Positions 14,024-27,228 of a stretch of 64,000 bases of DNA are shown here, in pieces. Position 1 is the first letter of the stretch; each line of letters opens with the position of its first letter. The notes beneath the pieces were generated by a model. That model saw only the letters and a list, made by a program, of their open reading frames with translations. It searched no databases and was not told the origin of the DNA. Origin of the DNA: Octopus vulgaris (taxonomy: Eukaryota). The position numbers and the translations under genes are program-made. The DNA lies in contig OX597815.1 of NCBI GenBank assembly GCA_951406725.2, positions 82,770,001 through 82,834,000 on the forward strand, in the 5' to 3' direction.

Positions 14024-14310
14024 TAAAGGGTAAAGACCCCCTTCGGTCATGAATGACCATGGGATTGCACCTAGAAAGTTACCCTCCTAGACACAAGTCC
14101 GGGCAAGGTTGTTTATGGAAGACCAGCAGTCGTCCATGCATACTAGCCTCCCCTCTCCACACCACCAGTGTTATCCAAGGGAAAGACAAAGGTCGATACA
14201 ACTTGGCACCAGTGACGTCGCAACTCATTTCTACAGCTGAGTGAACTGGAGCAACGTGAAATAAAGTGCCTTACTCAAGAACACAACACGCAGCCCGGTC
14301 CGGGATTCGA
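14024..14310 (-). mobile_element. 5'-truncated SINE with RTE-like 3' tail
   Basis: Starts at a B-box-like TCGAATCCCGG, followed by GCGTGTTGTGTTCTTGAGTAAGGCACTTTATTTCAC. Tail GGTGCAATCCCATGGTCATTCATGACCGAAG...TTTACCCTTTAC. Confidence 0.7.
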
Positions 14311-15343
14311 GCATTTAAGTATTACATTAATATTTAAGCCAACATTTTAAAAGTTCAACGATAATTTCTGCCACCACTTAATTTAAAGATAATTTGATGT
14401 ACGTAGGTCCTTAATTTTCATACAAATAATTAATTCCATTTCATGGTGACTTTCGCTGGATTTTGCAATTTATTTCGATTATTCACAAATTTATTTCCAT
14501 ATTATAAATTTTTTTTCTACTAATATGCTAATATCTACGTAGTTACATACGTATCTGGGTGTGTGTGTCACACTTAGTTGAAAGGTAATAGAGGGAAATG
14601 TAACTTTCTATGTATAGTTGAAGTAAGAGGCAAAGTAGCAAGGAATAGAGAATAAGAGGGAGTGAGAGAGTGGGAGAGGGAAAGAGAGAGAGAGAGGACA
14701 TTGATAACTCTGAGAGGCAAGAGAAATATACTGCATTAAACGAAGGAGAAAGGTTATAGGCAATTCTCTGAGGAAGCTATTTTCTGAAAGAAAAAGATGC
14801 AAAACTTTTCGCTTTGGATGTATATGATAACGCTATTGTGACAGTTATTCTATGCCGTTTGAAATGTATTTGTATAAAATTTCATTAAAAAAATATCAAT
14901 TTTCCTGAAAGTTATGAAGCGGAAACTTCAACTCCCATCCCTGGACCCTCGGAATCTTTGTTTTCCAACAAATCATAGCATGCACTCAATCAACAGGAAC
15001 TAAGGGATTAATTATGAAATTTATGAGGCAACAAAGTCGGTGGGGTATACATTTGTAGACACTACTTACATTTCTTATATTTTCCGTGAAGTCTTCACGG
15101 GTTCAGCTACTAAAAGTTTTTTATCACCGAAAAAGTCCCTGTAATAAAAACTTGCGATTCCAAAATTTCAGGATTGCGTGTCCTGATACGGCCCGGCACG
15201 TTTTTACTTACGGAGTCGGATGATTCCAAAATGGTATGATATGTTAGGCTACGGCGTTTAGGAATAATGTTGAAAAAGTGTGACACACTGATATTCGCAT
15301 GTATTATATTTGATACGTGTGTGTGTATACACAACATACATAG

Positions 15344-15383
<40 letters not shown>

Positions 15384-15389
15384 ATGCAC

Positions 15390-15470
<81 letters not shown>

Positions 15471-15471
<1 letters not shown>

Positions 15472-15640
15472 GCGCAGACGTGGTTGTGTGGTAAGAAGAA
15501 TGCTTCTCAACCACATGGCTCTGGGTTCAGTCCCACTGCGTGGACCTTGGGCAATTGTCTTCTGCTGTTGCCTCGGGCCGACCAAAGACTTAGTGAATGG
15601 ATTTGGTAGATGGAAACTGAAAGAAGCCTGTCGTCTATAT
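15471..15640 (+). mobile_element. tRNA-type SINE, family A
   Basis: A-box-like TGGTTGTGTGGTAAG and B-box-like GGTTCAGTCCC; three copies in the window. Confidence 0.85.
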
Positions 15641-15644
15641 GTGT

Positions 15645-16026
15645 TGGTTGGTTGGCATCCTTTCTGTCTCGGGAGACAATGGAGTTGCGCATAAAGTAGT
15701 CTAGTCCGGCTTTTATATTTCATGTCCTGATACATTTCCTGCTGTGGCTGTGTAGTCCTATCCTGGACAAACACTCCCTCTGGCAGGTACCGCAAATGTA
15801 GCGAAGACTGTTCCTGGCTGGTTGTAATGCCATAGTCTCTCGTTGACGTCTCTTCTTTTCTTTCCATTTCTCCTCTCTCTCTCTGTCACTCCTTTGTATT
15901 CCCTCTTTTACGGTACGTCGCCATTCTCCACGGTTGCCAGCAACTGCATCCCAACCGCTAATATTGATGTTGCAGGCCTTCATGTCCCTTTTGCAAACAT
16001 CCTTGTAACGTAAGATCGGTCTACCC
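15645..16026 (-). mobile_element. 5'-truncated RTE-clade LINE (C-terminus plus 3' UTR)
   Basis: ORF 15720-16040: GRPILRYKDVCKRDMK...W...A.NR..WR..V..G plus a C2H2-like CGTCQRECLSRIGLHSH, typical of RTE C-termini. Short (CCAA)n tail. Confidence 0.85.
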
Positions 16027-16674
16027 ATGGTCTTTTCCATACCGACAAATCTACTAGGTGAAATTGATTAATTTTATTAAATTAATTATATTCCACCCTT
16101 TATTGAATATTGAATACTTTTGCTCCCTTACAAGTTATCTCCGAATTTTTCGTTTCGTTGGTAATGTTTTTGTAGCTCACGTGGTAGATTTTGGAGGGAA
16201 ATATGAATTCGCATGTCGTTATAGATGTACGAATGCTAGCAGTTCCGTTAAGCCGTCCGATGTTGCAGATCGTACTGGTGTAACGGGTAAGTTTTTTCCC
16301 CTAGCATTTCTAGATCTATAGGAAATATTATATTGACAAGGAAATGAACCTTCGGTTCTAATCCAGAAACGAGTCGTCTATAATTAATCCAGAGGCTGGG
16401 TTTTCGTTATTTTCTGCCTTTTTTTTGCCATATACAGCTTACAAATTCTGTTTGTTTGTGGAGACTTTTTACTAGTAGAGGAAATACTGACCAATTTTGG
16501 CTGCTATTTCTAATATTTTCGGTATGTGGTTTTGAGCAACTTGTTGCATTTAACCCTTTATTATAATTATTATAACCCTTACCAAATATGGTCTTTTCCA
16601 TACCGACAAATCTACTAGGTGAAATTGATTAATTTTATTAAATTAATTATATTCCACCCTTTATTGAATATTGA
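16027..16674 (+). mobile_element. Partial-tandem (retrozyme/PLE pLTR-like) unit: 561-bp period, 87-bp direct repeat, decayed HHR
   Basis: 16027-16113 is repeated at 16588-16674, then (TA)n. Internal HHR-like motif at 16327-16384. Confidence 0.65.
16327..16384 (+). ncRNA. Degenerate hammerhead motif
   Basis: Stem I AUUAUA/UAUAAU; core UUGACAA (cf. CUGACGA); stem II GGA/UCC with inner GAAC/GUUC hairpin; GAAA; stem III ACGAGUCGU; GUC triplet. Confidence 0.55.
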
Positions 16675-16742
<68 letters not shown>

Positions 16743-17412
16743 GGGGGTGAGAGAGAGAGAGAGAGAGAAAACGAATGGTGTAATTTGTTCTTAAGAATCA
16801 ACAAGCGAATATCGCTAGTTTTTTGTTTCTTTTCTCTACGTCTAACCCACCGAGATATTTCAAAGCATTAACGATTTATTTTGTGTTGCCTCCAACATGT
16901 CTCGACGTAAGTATTCACTTTCACAGCCATTAGTTCATTTCAGATGTTTCTCTTAATTTTGTGGTAATCTTACAAATTCCGTTTGGTAAAAAATTATGTT
17001 TTAAACTCTACCAATAATGTCATGGAAAAACGTGTCGAACAACAAGGATCAAATATTCGTTGTACTTACATAGACTTTCAGTCTTCTTGAAATTGTCTCT
17101 CTTTAACTTTGGTTACAATATTTTTGTTGACAACCATTCAGTTTTGAATTATTTTTGAAAATGATGGAGAATTTATTTAAAAAAAGAGACTTGGGCTTTA
17201 TTAAAATTTAACTTTGATGGAATGTTTGTATTTACGTCATTCTAAAATAGTTTTAAAGAGATGTAAATTAAAACATTCTATCAAAGTTCCATTTCTATCA
17301 TAATTTGTTTTCGTATATTCTTTATTTGGCATCGAATTATTTTGTGCAGCACTCACTACACTTCGGCATAACTTGTATGTGTGCGCGCATGTGTGTGTGT
17401 ATGAGTGTGAGT

Positions 17413-17492
<80 letters not shown>

Positions 17493-17499
17493 TTATTTA

Positions 17500-19930
17500 A
17501 TTTATTTCAAGATTTCTTGCCAACAGAGAAAGAGTCGGTTTCCAACCTAGAACCAAGGCTCCTTCGGTAGAATTTCAGCAACATGAACAGGGTATTTTTG
17601 TATGTAGCATGGCCGCAGTAAAATGACTGAAACAAGTAAAAGAATAAAAGAATATCCGCAAATTTGTATGTTTTGCATTATGTTTCTATCTCATGCATTT
17701 AGTTGCATGTCTAAACATGCTCATGTATACTTAAATTATTAACTTCTGGGATGTCTTACAGATTTTTATAGTTCCATTGATGGGCTGAATCTGTAGACCT
17801 CGAATCAGCTTTCTCCTTTCTTGTTTTGAGAAGCCTAAGTTTTCACGATTGGTACTTAGTCCGAGTGTTTCATATCGCAGTGCCTCAATAATTACAGGTA
17901 TGAACCTGAACTTGTAATCTGGATAGAATAACTGTAGATTTCTCAATAGGCCGGCGTAGGTGTTTTCTTTTTCGCTGATCTTTAGCTTTATGTTAACATG
18001 CTTTGGGTAATTGATTCCCACATTTGTACACAGTTTCTCTTCTCTATTTCAAATCACTATGTCAGGTATATTATGTTTAAATGTTATTGAGATTTTCACT
18101 GGGACATTCCATCGTTCTCTTTCTAATTGAGTGACTATGACTTCTAACATACTGTGGGTTCATAATTATTTGAGCTCGGGGTTTTACTTCCAACGGATCT
18201 CATTATACACTGTCCTAATTATCTACCATGTTTCATCAGTAGATAATACTGTGATAACATTTTCAGACGACTGCTTATGATATGGGTGATATCTTCGTTG
18301 TCAACTTCCCACAGTCTCCATCATATTTTGCTGCTTTTCCTGCGTCTCTGTCCCTTTCGTGCATTAGGTATTTGATTGATATTTTCTGTTCCTGGATTGC
18401 AAATCCTTCAAAATGGGAGAGAGTAATCCAGTTGTTGGTCCATGATAGACTGCATTGATGAGCATTGTTACTGTCATCCCAGAGCTTTCTACATACACAT
18501 CAATGTACGATCTTCTACTAATATGTGTTCTTCCATTCAACTGATGATAGGTTGAGGTAGAGTCGTGCTAACATCACTCGACATGTGTTTAAGGTTATCA
18601 GACAAGGAATGCTTTCTAAGTATTATGATGTTATCAGCCCTATGTATGCAAAATTGATCAAGGGCTGCACTTCCACACTTGGTATTTAAAAGATGTTGCC
18701 GAAGGGATATGATACAGCATTCAAAGGCAATCTGGATTCGTTTTAGTTAGAGGCAGTCTACGTCACTGTTAATGTGGAAATTAAGTGTGCTGGTTAGTAT
18801 CTTCCGGGTTCTAACATCAGTGGCTCAGATTTCATCAAGCATCCAAAAGGTAGCCCAAATGTTGGTGTAAGTACTGGCATTGCAAACACATTGTGGGCTA
18901 CTGTTTTATTGAATAGAGCTCCGAGATCCATATTTTCTTTATTCGGCTGTAATATTCTTTAGTGACACGTGCTTTTGTTACATATGCCATCGTAAGATAT
19001 GTTTACATTCACCCCCTAGATAACTGTAACATTCCTCAAAAGATACAGGGGAAACAATTAAGTCATTGATAGAAATGTTGTTATTCTGGTTTACAGTTTC
19101 CCTTCTTTTCACAGATATATTGCAACATTTATCCTGGCGAAATTCCAACTTTGTGTCCTTTAAGAGTGTTGTAAACAAGTCAAGGCTCTTTTTCGTCTCA
19201 TGCATATTCATCTATAAAGAAACTGTGTGAAATTTTGGTATTTCTGTTTCTTTGTGAACCAGCAAGATACCCTTCAAATTTCCTTAACATAATCGACAAG
19301 GGGGTTACAGAAAGTATAAACAACATCACAGAGAGGCTGTACCCTTGCAATATACCCCTGCGATACTGTATACTGTCAGTCATAATACAATCACTCCTTG
19401 TATTTAACTTAAAGATGGTAGCCCTCGACGAAGACACTTTAGCTATGGCATTGACTATGCTCACTGAAGCTTTAGCAAGTCGAAAGGCTTTTAGCATCCA
19501 TGAATGGGAACAGAGTCAAAAGCTTTCTTGTAGTCCAGCCACATTGAAATTTGGTTACTTTCATGCTCCCGCACCGTTAACATTACAGTTTTGTTTATTA
19601 ACAATTGCTCAGCACATCTCCAGACTTCCTTCTTCCCAGCTACTTGTTCTGCTGTGATGATGTTCTTACTTTCGCAATGGTGTTAGAGGAAGATGCTTAA
19701 ACATACTGTATATATTTTATACATTAAGTTCTGGCATGCAATTGGCCATTGGATCTTGTTGTTATGTGAGGGATTCTGTATTTGGGGATCAGTTTTGTCA
19801 AATTTGGGATTAGTTTTGCCAAATCTAACCAGTCTGGTATGCTACTATTCCCATTGAGAACCTGCTGGTACAGGTTGATAAGGTATGGTCGGTAGGAGGT
19901 TAGTTTCCTTTATCATCATTCAACAGTCCG
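17500..19930 (-). mobile_element. Decayed R4/Dong(NeSL-like) non-LTR retrotransposon (RT, Zn knuckle, RLE)
   Basis: RT motif IQYRRGILQGYSLSVMLFILSVTPLS...ISHSFFID; EDITHIISS knuckle remnant; RLE-like WNVPV...NIPDIVI and FRFIPVII. Multiple frameshifts. Confidence 0.85.
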
Positions 19931-22900
19931 CCCAGGAACCAATGCATGAAAAAAAACATGATATAAAAATGCACAATCACCACACCCCAACATAAATAAC
20001 TCATACATATAAAAGTATGAAAGTTTTTATTAATTTAACTGCTTTCACTAACTTAAAAATATTTAAAAACCAATTTAAGGTCTGTTATCGTAACCATATC
20101 CCCTCATTCCGAAAGATAAACCGGCGACCCGCAATATCATAAGCGGACCTAATATGGAGATTAAAAGAAGGAAAAATAAAATATGAAATGAAGTGGTCAA
20201 TAATAAAAAAATGCGCGCCCTATTCGGCTTATGTGACCTGTGCCTTGAGGAAGCCTTGTGTATCCTGTCAAGTAACGAAAATTTGGTAAACAAGCAGGCT
20301 GAGAAAATACCAAGTTGCTGCCATCGCGCCAAATATGCATTTGCTAGATTCAATACAGTAAAATTATAATTATTATTCAGTGTGCGATCTCCCTTTCCAC
20401 TTCCCACTATCCATGTGTGCGTGTATCGGTTCTCTATATACGTATGCGTGCTTGTCCGCGTGTTTAGTATGCATGAATGTATGTATCTACGCAAGTATAT
20501 ATATGTGTGTGTCTGTATGTGTGTTTGCATGTGTGCGCGTGTGTGTGTGTATACACAGACTTGCGTCTGTGTATGTATATGAGTGCGTGTGTATGTACAT
20601 ATATTTGCATATGTATATTTATGTGAGTGCGCGTACATACCCGTATATGTGTGCGTCTATATATATATATATGACAAAATAAAGTTTGGGGTTACCGCAC
20701 GAGCAATAATATAAGGGAAGGAATCTGAAATTGTAGGGGTCGTATAAAAGTATTTATTAATTTAACTGTTTTCATTTAAAAAGATTTTCAAAAGTAAAGT
20801 ATGAGGCTTTGTGTATTGTCTGTGGTGTCAAAAATTAGTTTGCATAAATTTATTCAAATTAAGTGATAGAGTCTTTTACAATGATAAGAAAAACTTTGAG
20901 GCTTTGTGTATCCTCTGTGATGAGTCAAAAAATCGTTTACATAGAAACAGACCTGGCCAACAAAGTGGAGCTGTCGCACTTCTACCTAAATGGACACCAG
21001 GAAGAAAGAGGATTTAACCAAACAACGGATATTATCCTAACACTAAACAAATTGATCAAAACCATTGAAACAAAAATGCCCCAAATGCAAGAACGTACAA
21101 CAGATTTTTTACTCAGTAAAACAGACACTAAATAATATTTGGATTAAAAAACACACAGTACGCAGGTTTTGTTTTTTGGAACTTCGTAAAAAAACACTGT
21201 AAGAAAGCAGGCATTGATGAAAAGTGGCAAGATTCCACCCCAATCACCATACCCAAAATCTGCAAATGAAACCCATCACATAGGAAACAGGAAACCAACA
21301 AAGACTTAGAGAGAAGATGAGCTTAGAAAAATTCAAAATAGAAATAGGACTGTTATGGTTAAGAAGCAATTCCATCAAAGAAAATTTCAAGGCACTCGAC
21401 AATGAAATGGAAACTCAAATTTCAAAATACTGTGAAGGCACACTCCAGTATAAAACCACCAAACTTTGGGGAAAAACTGTGAGCATGAAGAACTAACATC
21501 CCACCACCGGTGGGAATAAAATACCACCTGGTGCGTCAATTATGGAATGGATTTCAAAAGCGAACATCATACAGGTAACCCATTTTTTATAAAATTTTAA
21601 ATTGTCACACAACAAACAAAATAAGTAACAAAACATCAAACATACACTACTTCAGACTATGACAATAATAACAGAACTATTATCAATAATACCTTGTTAT
21701 CTTATTCACAAACGATAAAATGAAATGAGCAGCAGGTTAACATGTTCATGGTATTTGAATGAAAACAGACTGCAAAGTTACACATTTTACCAAACCTCAG
21801 AATTATGAATGTCAAATCTGGCACGGGTGGATTTTCAACTAGTTTTTTAAATCAACATATCTGAATATCACATCCAAACAGATCAATTCACTATCACAAT
21901 GATCAGTCTCTATCTTAGATCATCCATACATTGGAGTCTTATAACTTCGTCTTTTCCCAGTCCTTTCTCAACAAGCTGGATTTTCAACCAGCCGGGCATC
22001 TCTCAACACAAATGCTTTTTTTTTCTTCTGAATACATCTACCTTCCTATGTTCGAAATGAATGAATACATGGCCGCCTTATCAGTGAAGTAGGACTCGAA
22101 CATGCTATGGTTACAATCTTGCATTTTTGCTTTTGACTAAGTTCTACATAATATTTTTTCCACCTTCGTTATTTCTTTTCGTTTGTGTGTGCGTGTCACT
22201 CTCCCACACAGGTATCTCTTGTAATCCAGACATTTATTCCTTCCTCCCTTTGTTGAATTGTACTTCTATTCATTCACATTTTATCATAAATATTTTTCTT
22301 AATTTTCTTTCTTTCCTTTCTTTTACCATTTTTCTGTCTTTCTTTCTTGCCTTTCTTTTCTTTTCCCCTTATTTTTATTTGTTTCTCTCTTTCTTGCTCT
22401 TTCTTTTCCCATATACTTCATTCCATTCTTTATTTCATTTTATTTGTTTTCATTCTCTATATCCCTACCTCTTTCCTACTCTCTTTCGTGTCAAACTTAG
22501 TCACTCTAAATTTCTTCCTACTTTCTTATTCTTCACAGCTTGTATAATAAACAAACTTTTCTCAACTTCAAAGCAACGGAATCGGCAAAACACTTTTCAC
22601 TTGGTATCAGGTAAATATTTTATACTCTTGCATTCAAAAACATTTCATTACGTTTGCAGTTAAAACAAAAACGCAAAACTTTCAGATAAACATTTTATAA
22701 CGGCCTATTTAGTTAGATTATATTTTTAATAACATATCTACACTCACAAAAAGTTCTTAAACAGTAAATAGCTTAAAATTCAGAGGATTTTAAAAAGAAA
22801 TGACTTTTTCTGCACATATGAAACAATGTTTGATCTTAAATGCATGTGTGTGTGTATATATATACTAACATGCACACGTATAATATATACATACGGACAC

Positions 22901-22956
22901 ATATACACTCTTATATGAATATATTCACTAATATATATATATGTAAACATATGTGC

Positions 22957-23012
<56 letters not shown>

Positions 23013-23389
23013 ATATGTATATACATGTATATATATACATGTATATATGTATGTATATTGATGGACATGCAAATACATGAATATAATATACATACTCATA
23101 CACATGCCTATATACTCACACCACAGACTTAAGGATGCGCATTAAGATACGCACATGCGGTTACTCAAACGCAAATTTATGTGCATATACACATATGCAT
23201 GAACATGCATTTACACATGCGTAGTGAGTCACATGTATGTTTGCAAGCTAAATGTAAGCATACATCTATATTTCTATGTGTTTATGTATCTGCTTATCTA
23301 TCTATTTATAATCACCGATAAAGTCTTTCGCTCTGTGTTTAAAACTAAACGTGTAAATTAGAAGAAATTTAAATAAAATACAGTTTAGG

Positions 23390-23610
23390 TGTATAGGTTT
23401 CTAATTGAGGGACAAGTCAATAATTTTAGGACAAGTGAGTTAATCGAGACCATTGAAATCAGTACTTGAATGGGGTTTCATATTTTTCGACATCGGAGGG
23501 ATGATATGTAAAGTTGATCTCGGCAAGAATTGAGCTCAGAAACTAAAGAGCCAGAAGAAATGTCTCAGCATTTTTTTCCCGACACTCTAAGAATTCTGCC
23601 AGCTCGTCGT
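23390..23610 (-). mobile_element. Diverged copy of SINE family B
   Basis: Degenerate similarity to 58354-58948 (GAGCTGGCAGAAT...TTCTGAGCTCAATTC..CCGAG). Other old copies at about 4030-4145, 8380-8560 and 33690-33960. Confidence 0.55.
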
Positions 23611-23870
23611 ACTATTCTATTTATATGAAATAATAAGGATTTCTAGTTTGGGCACAATGTTAGTAAACAGGAAGGGGTAGTCAATGATATCGACCTCCCA
23701 GATAAAAGACAAAGACGACCTTGTTGGAATTTGAACACAGAACATAAAGAACCGCAACAATTAGCAGAAAGATATTTTCCGACCATCTTACGATTCTGCC
23801 AAGTACAGATATATATATATATATGTACATGTATATGTATATATATATATGTATATATATATATAGATAG

Positions 23871-23947
<77 letters not shown>

Positions 23948-24052
23948 GAAGGATGTATGAAAAAGTCATGACCCTCAAAAACACAACAGATGGTACAAGA
24001 CTTCAATGCTCAAAGGCCATGAAGGCTCAAAACTTTTCATACACTCCTCGTG

Positions 24053-24104
<52 letters not shown>

Positions 24105-24105
<1 letters not shown>

Positions 24106-24489
24106 TAGCACTCCGTCGGTTGCAACAACGAGGGTTCCAGTTGAACCGATCAACGGAACAGCCTGCTCGTGAAATTAACGTACAAGTGGCTGAGCACTCC
24201 ACAGACACGTGTACCCTTAACGTAGTTCTCAGGGAGATTCAGCGTGACAAATGGTGTGACAATGTTAGCCTTTTGAAATACAGGTACAACAGAAACATGT
24301 GAGAGAAAGTGTGAGAGAAAGTTGTGGTGAAAGAATACAGCAGGGTTCGCCACCAACCCCTGCCGGAGCCTCGTGGAGCTTTAGGTGTTTTCGCTCAATA
24401 AACATTCACAACGCCCGGTCTGGGAATGGAAACCGCGATCGTTTGGTAGCGAGTCCGCTGCCCTAACCACTGGGCCATTGTGTCTCCAC
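24105..24489 (-). mobile_element. tRNA-type SINE, family C
   Basis: Head GGAGACACAATGGCCCAGTGGTTAGGGCAGCGGACTCG...CGGTTTCCATTCCC, shared with 57850-58143. Ends in (TA)n. Confidence 0.8.
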
Positions 24490-24490
24490 A

Positions 24491-24526
<36 letters not shown>

Positions 24527-26375
24527 TGTATGTATGTATGTATGTATGCATGTATGTATGTATGTATGTGTGTATGTATGTGTGGTCATGTGTGTGAGCA
24601 TCTGAATGCGTACGAAGGGATAACTAAATATCTTATAAACATTAAACATTATTAAACATTCCTTTATGATTTGTTTTACTTTCTATGCGCATGCGCAAAC
24701 ACACAAGCACATGTATGCGTTTACACATTCAGTTGAACGTCGGCTACGCTTCGCTGTCAATTGAATGGGGTAATCTCTATATCCATCTCTTAGTCTTCTC
24801 TTTCCATTTAATTGTTGACCACATATTTGTTAATATCTCTTTTTATTTTTAGATGATTATCGTAAATGTGCAATGAAAATCAAACGTATTAACCTTAAGT
24901 CCAACACATCAAAAAAAAAAAAAAATACAGTAACTAAGACAATCTAGAGGAATATCTATAAAGAGAAAGTGAAAATTAAGGAAAATGTATGAGTAAGAAT
25001 TTTCAAAATAGGGAAGAAGCAGAAATTGAATAAAAGACATGGGAGATAATATAGAAGAAAAATATGTGTTTGTTTACAAATGCTACATAAATAATGTTCT
25101 ATTGGCCTACTGTTGAAGCTAGAATTCCATAGAGTTCAATTGATATCAATAAGGTGAAGTGTAAAGTGAAACATAAAATATAAGGGTAAAAAAATGTGAA
25201 AATATGAAATAAATATGGTGAGAGAGGGGTAAAAGACGGGAAAACATTAAAAAATATAGAAAAATCATGAATACAAAGAGTTGAAATTAGAAGAAATGGC
25301 TGGTTCCTATGCAACAGAAAAGAGGAATTGCAAAAAGATAAACAGAGAAGAAATTAGTCGAAATTATATATGGTTAGAAATATATAACCTGATGATTGTA
25401 AGTAAACGATGAACGTTGAAGGGAAGACAAGAAAACTGAAATAGAGAATTAAATTAATAGGACAGGAAGAGTATGACCTGAGAATTGTAGGAAGAGACAC
25501 GACAGAAGGATGAATACAGATAAAAGAAAGGTTAAAGAAGTAAGAATAAGATGATATAGTCGAACATTGAAATGAAAATAGAAAGCTGGGAATGAAAAGC
25601 GAATATAAAAAATGAAAAGGAGAAAGGAAACTATATAATATTACGTCAGGAAACTACATGAGAAGCGAGAAGAAATTAAAAGAATTATGTAGGAGAGGGA
25701 TCAGGAGGAAAGGATAATGCAGAAAATATGCAATGAAATAAGAATTAAGATAAGAAAAAGAAAAATGATAAAGGGCAGCAATGAGAAAATGAGATGAGTT
25801 GGCACATACACACAAAAAAGAAAAGGACAAAAAAGGAACATAACAAAGAAGAAAGGGGATATAGGGAAAAAGTTTTAAAAAATAAGAATAGGACAAGTGA
25901 AGGAAAAGAAATGCGGGAAGATGTTGGATAAAATAAAAGAAATGTTTTGCCAAGACAGAAAAAAAATGGAAGGGAAAGGTCGGAGAAACACTTAAATAAC
26001 GTGAAGAGATAAATCAAAAGTAATAGTTAATTAAGGAAAAAGAGATGAGCGAAGGAAACTGAAATCGCAAAGACAATGATTTTTCTTTTTCTGTTTGCTA
26101 ATCAAGACAATACAAAAGGCTCAATGGAGCGAAAATATATAAATTCCTTCTGGAAGCATCAGTAAATGGATTGACGATACAAGCAAGACCAGAAAACTAC
26201 TAAAAACTTTTAAAAAGTTTCGACGTTTTGTGAGGCATTTTGGAAGAATCCCAAATCGAAGTTTTGTGAAGTGCACTTCGATCGTTCCGAGGACAAATAG
26301 TTTAAAACACTTTGGTTATCAAATTTTAAAACAAGGCGTGTTTTTTTTCCCTCAAACATTTTGCAAGCCATTTTA

Positions 26376-27228
26376 CGTTGTCTGATCAAAAAGTATCCGG
26401 ACTGTTGCAATTGTAACGAAGCTAAAGTACGCAGAGTGAAGCCGCTTGGTACAGATTAAACCTGAACTCTGTTGAGCATGTGCACTAAGTTTTAACCTTT
26501 TAGTTCACTTCCGCTATTTCTAACTGTGCTTGAAAAGTGTGTAGCATGTGATCGTTTCCTTGAAAGTTGAGCAGAGAATATGCATCTAATTTTGCCAAAA
26601 GCTTGGCGATACCTGCTCAGAGGCTTCTCTACAAAGTTTTCAAGAAGTTTTCATCGTTCTCGATTCAATCGAAGTTATTTCATGCAACTGAAACCCGAGT
26701 GTCATTTTGGTCAGCTGAAAGCAGTTCTGGCACAAACTTGACAGACTAGTGTCTCATACCCAAATCTTCAGTGACAATGGACTGAACTGAATCGCAACTG
26801 TATATCATCTGATAAATCATGGATGGTGATTCGATGATTTCTCCACACAGTTGCACGCATATCTACAATGTTTTTCTCAGTTCTGCTGACAGGTCTTCCA
26901 GAACGTTCGTCAATATCGACATTTTTCAGCCATCTTAGACACGTGTGAACAACTCGTACACTGTGGGCGGCTCATAGATTCTCTCCATGCACTTTCTGCA
27001 ACTTTGTGCAGGCCTTTGAACAGGTATCGCCCTGACAACTTTATCATGATCACACACTATATACTTTTCTTCCAAGCACTGCTGTAAACAGCGGAAGTAA
27101 GCTGGAACGTTAAAACCTACTGTGCATGCATAGCAGAGTTTAAGGTCAATCTGTGAGAAGCGGCTTTACTCCGTGTGCTTTAATGTCCTTACTATGGCAA
27201 CAGTGTGGACACTTATTGATCAACCTCG
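26376..27228. mobile_element. Non-autonomous mariner derivative with long imperfect inverted ends
   Basis: TA|CGTTGTCTGATCAAAAAGTATCCGGAC ... GGACACTTATTGATCAACCTCG|TA. Inverted similarity extends at least 140 bp. Internal minus-strand transposase remnant SVQSIVTEDLGMRH*SVKFVPELLS. Confidence 0.8.

Noticed and set aside
22127-22663. 178-aa hydrophobic F/L/S-rich ORF
   Set aside because: Pyrimidine-rich low-complexity sequence; same for 25654-26017.
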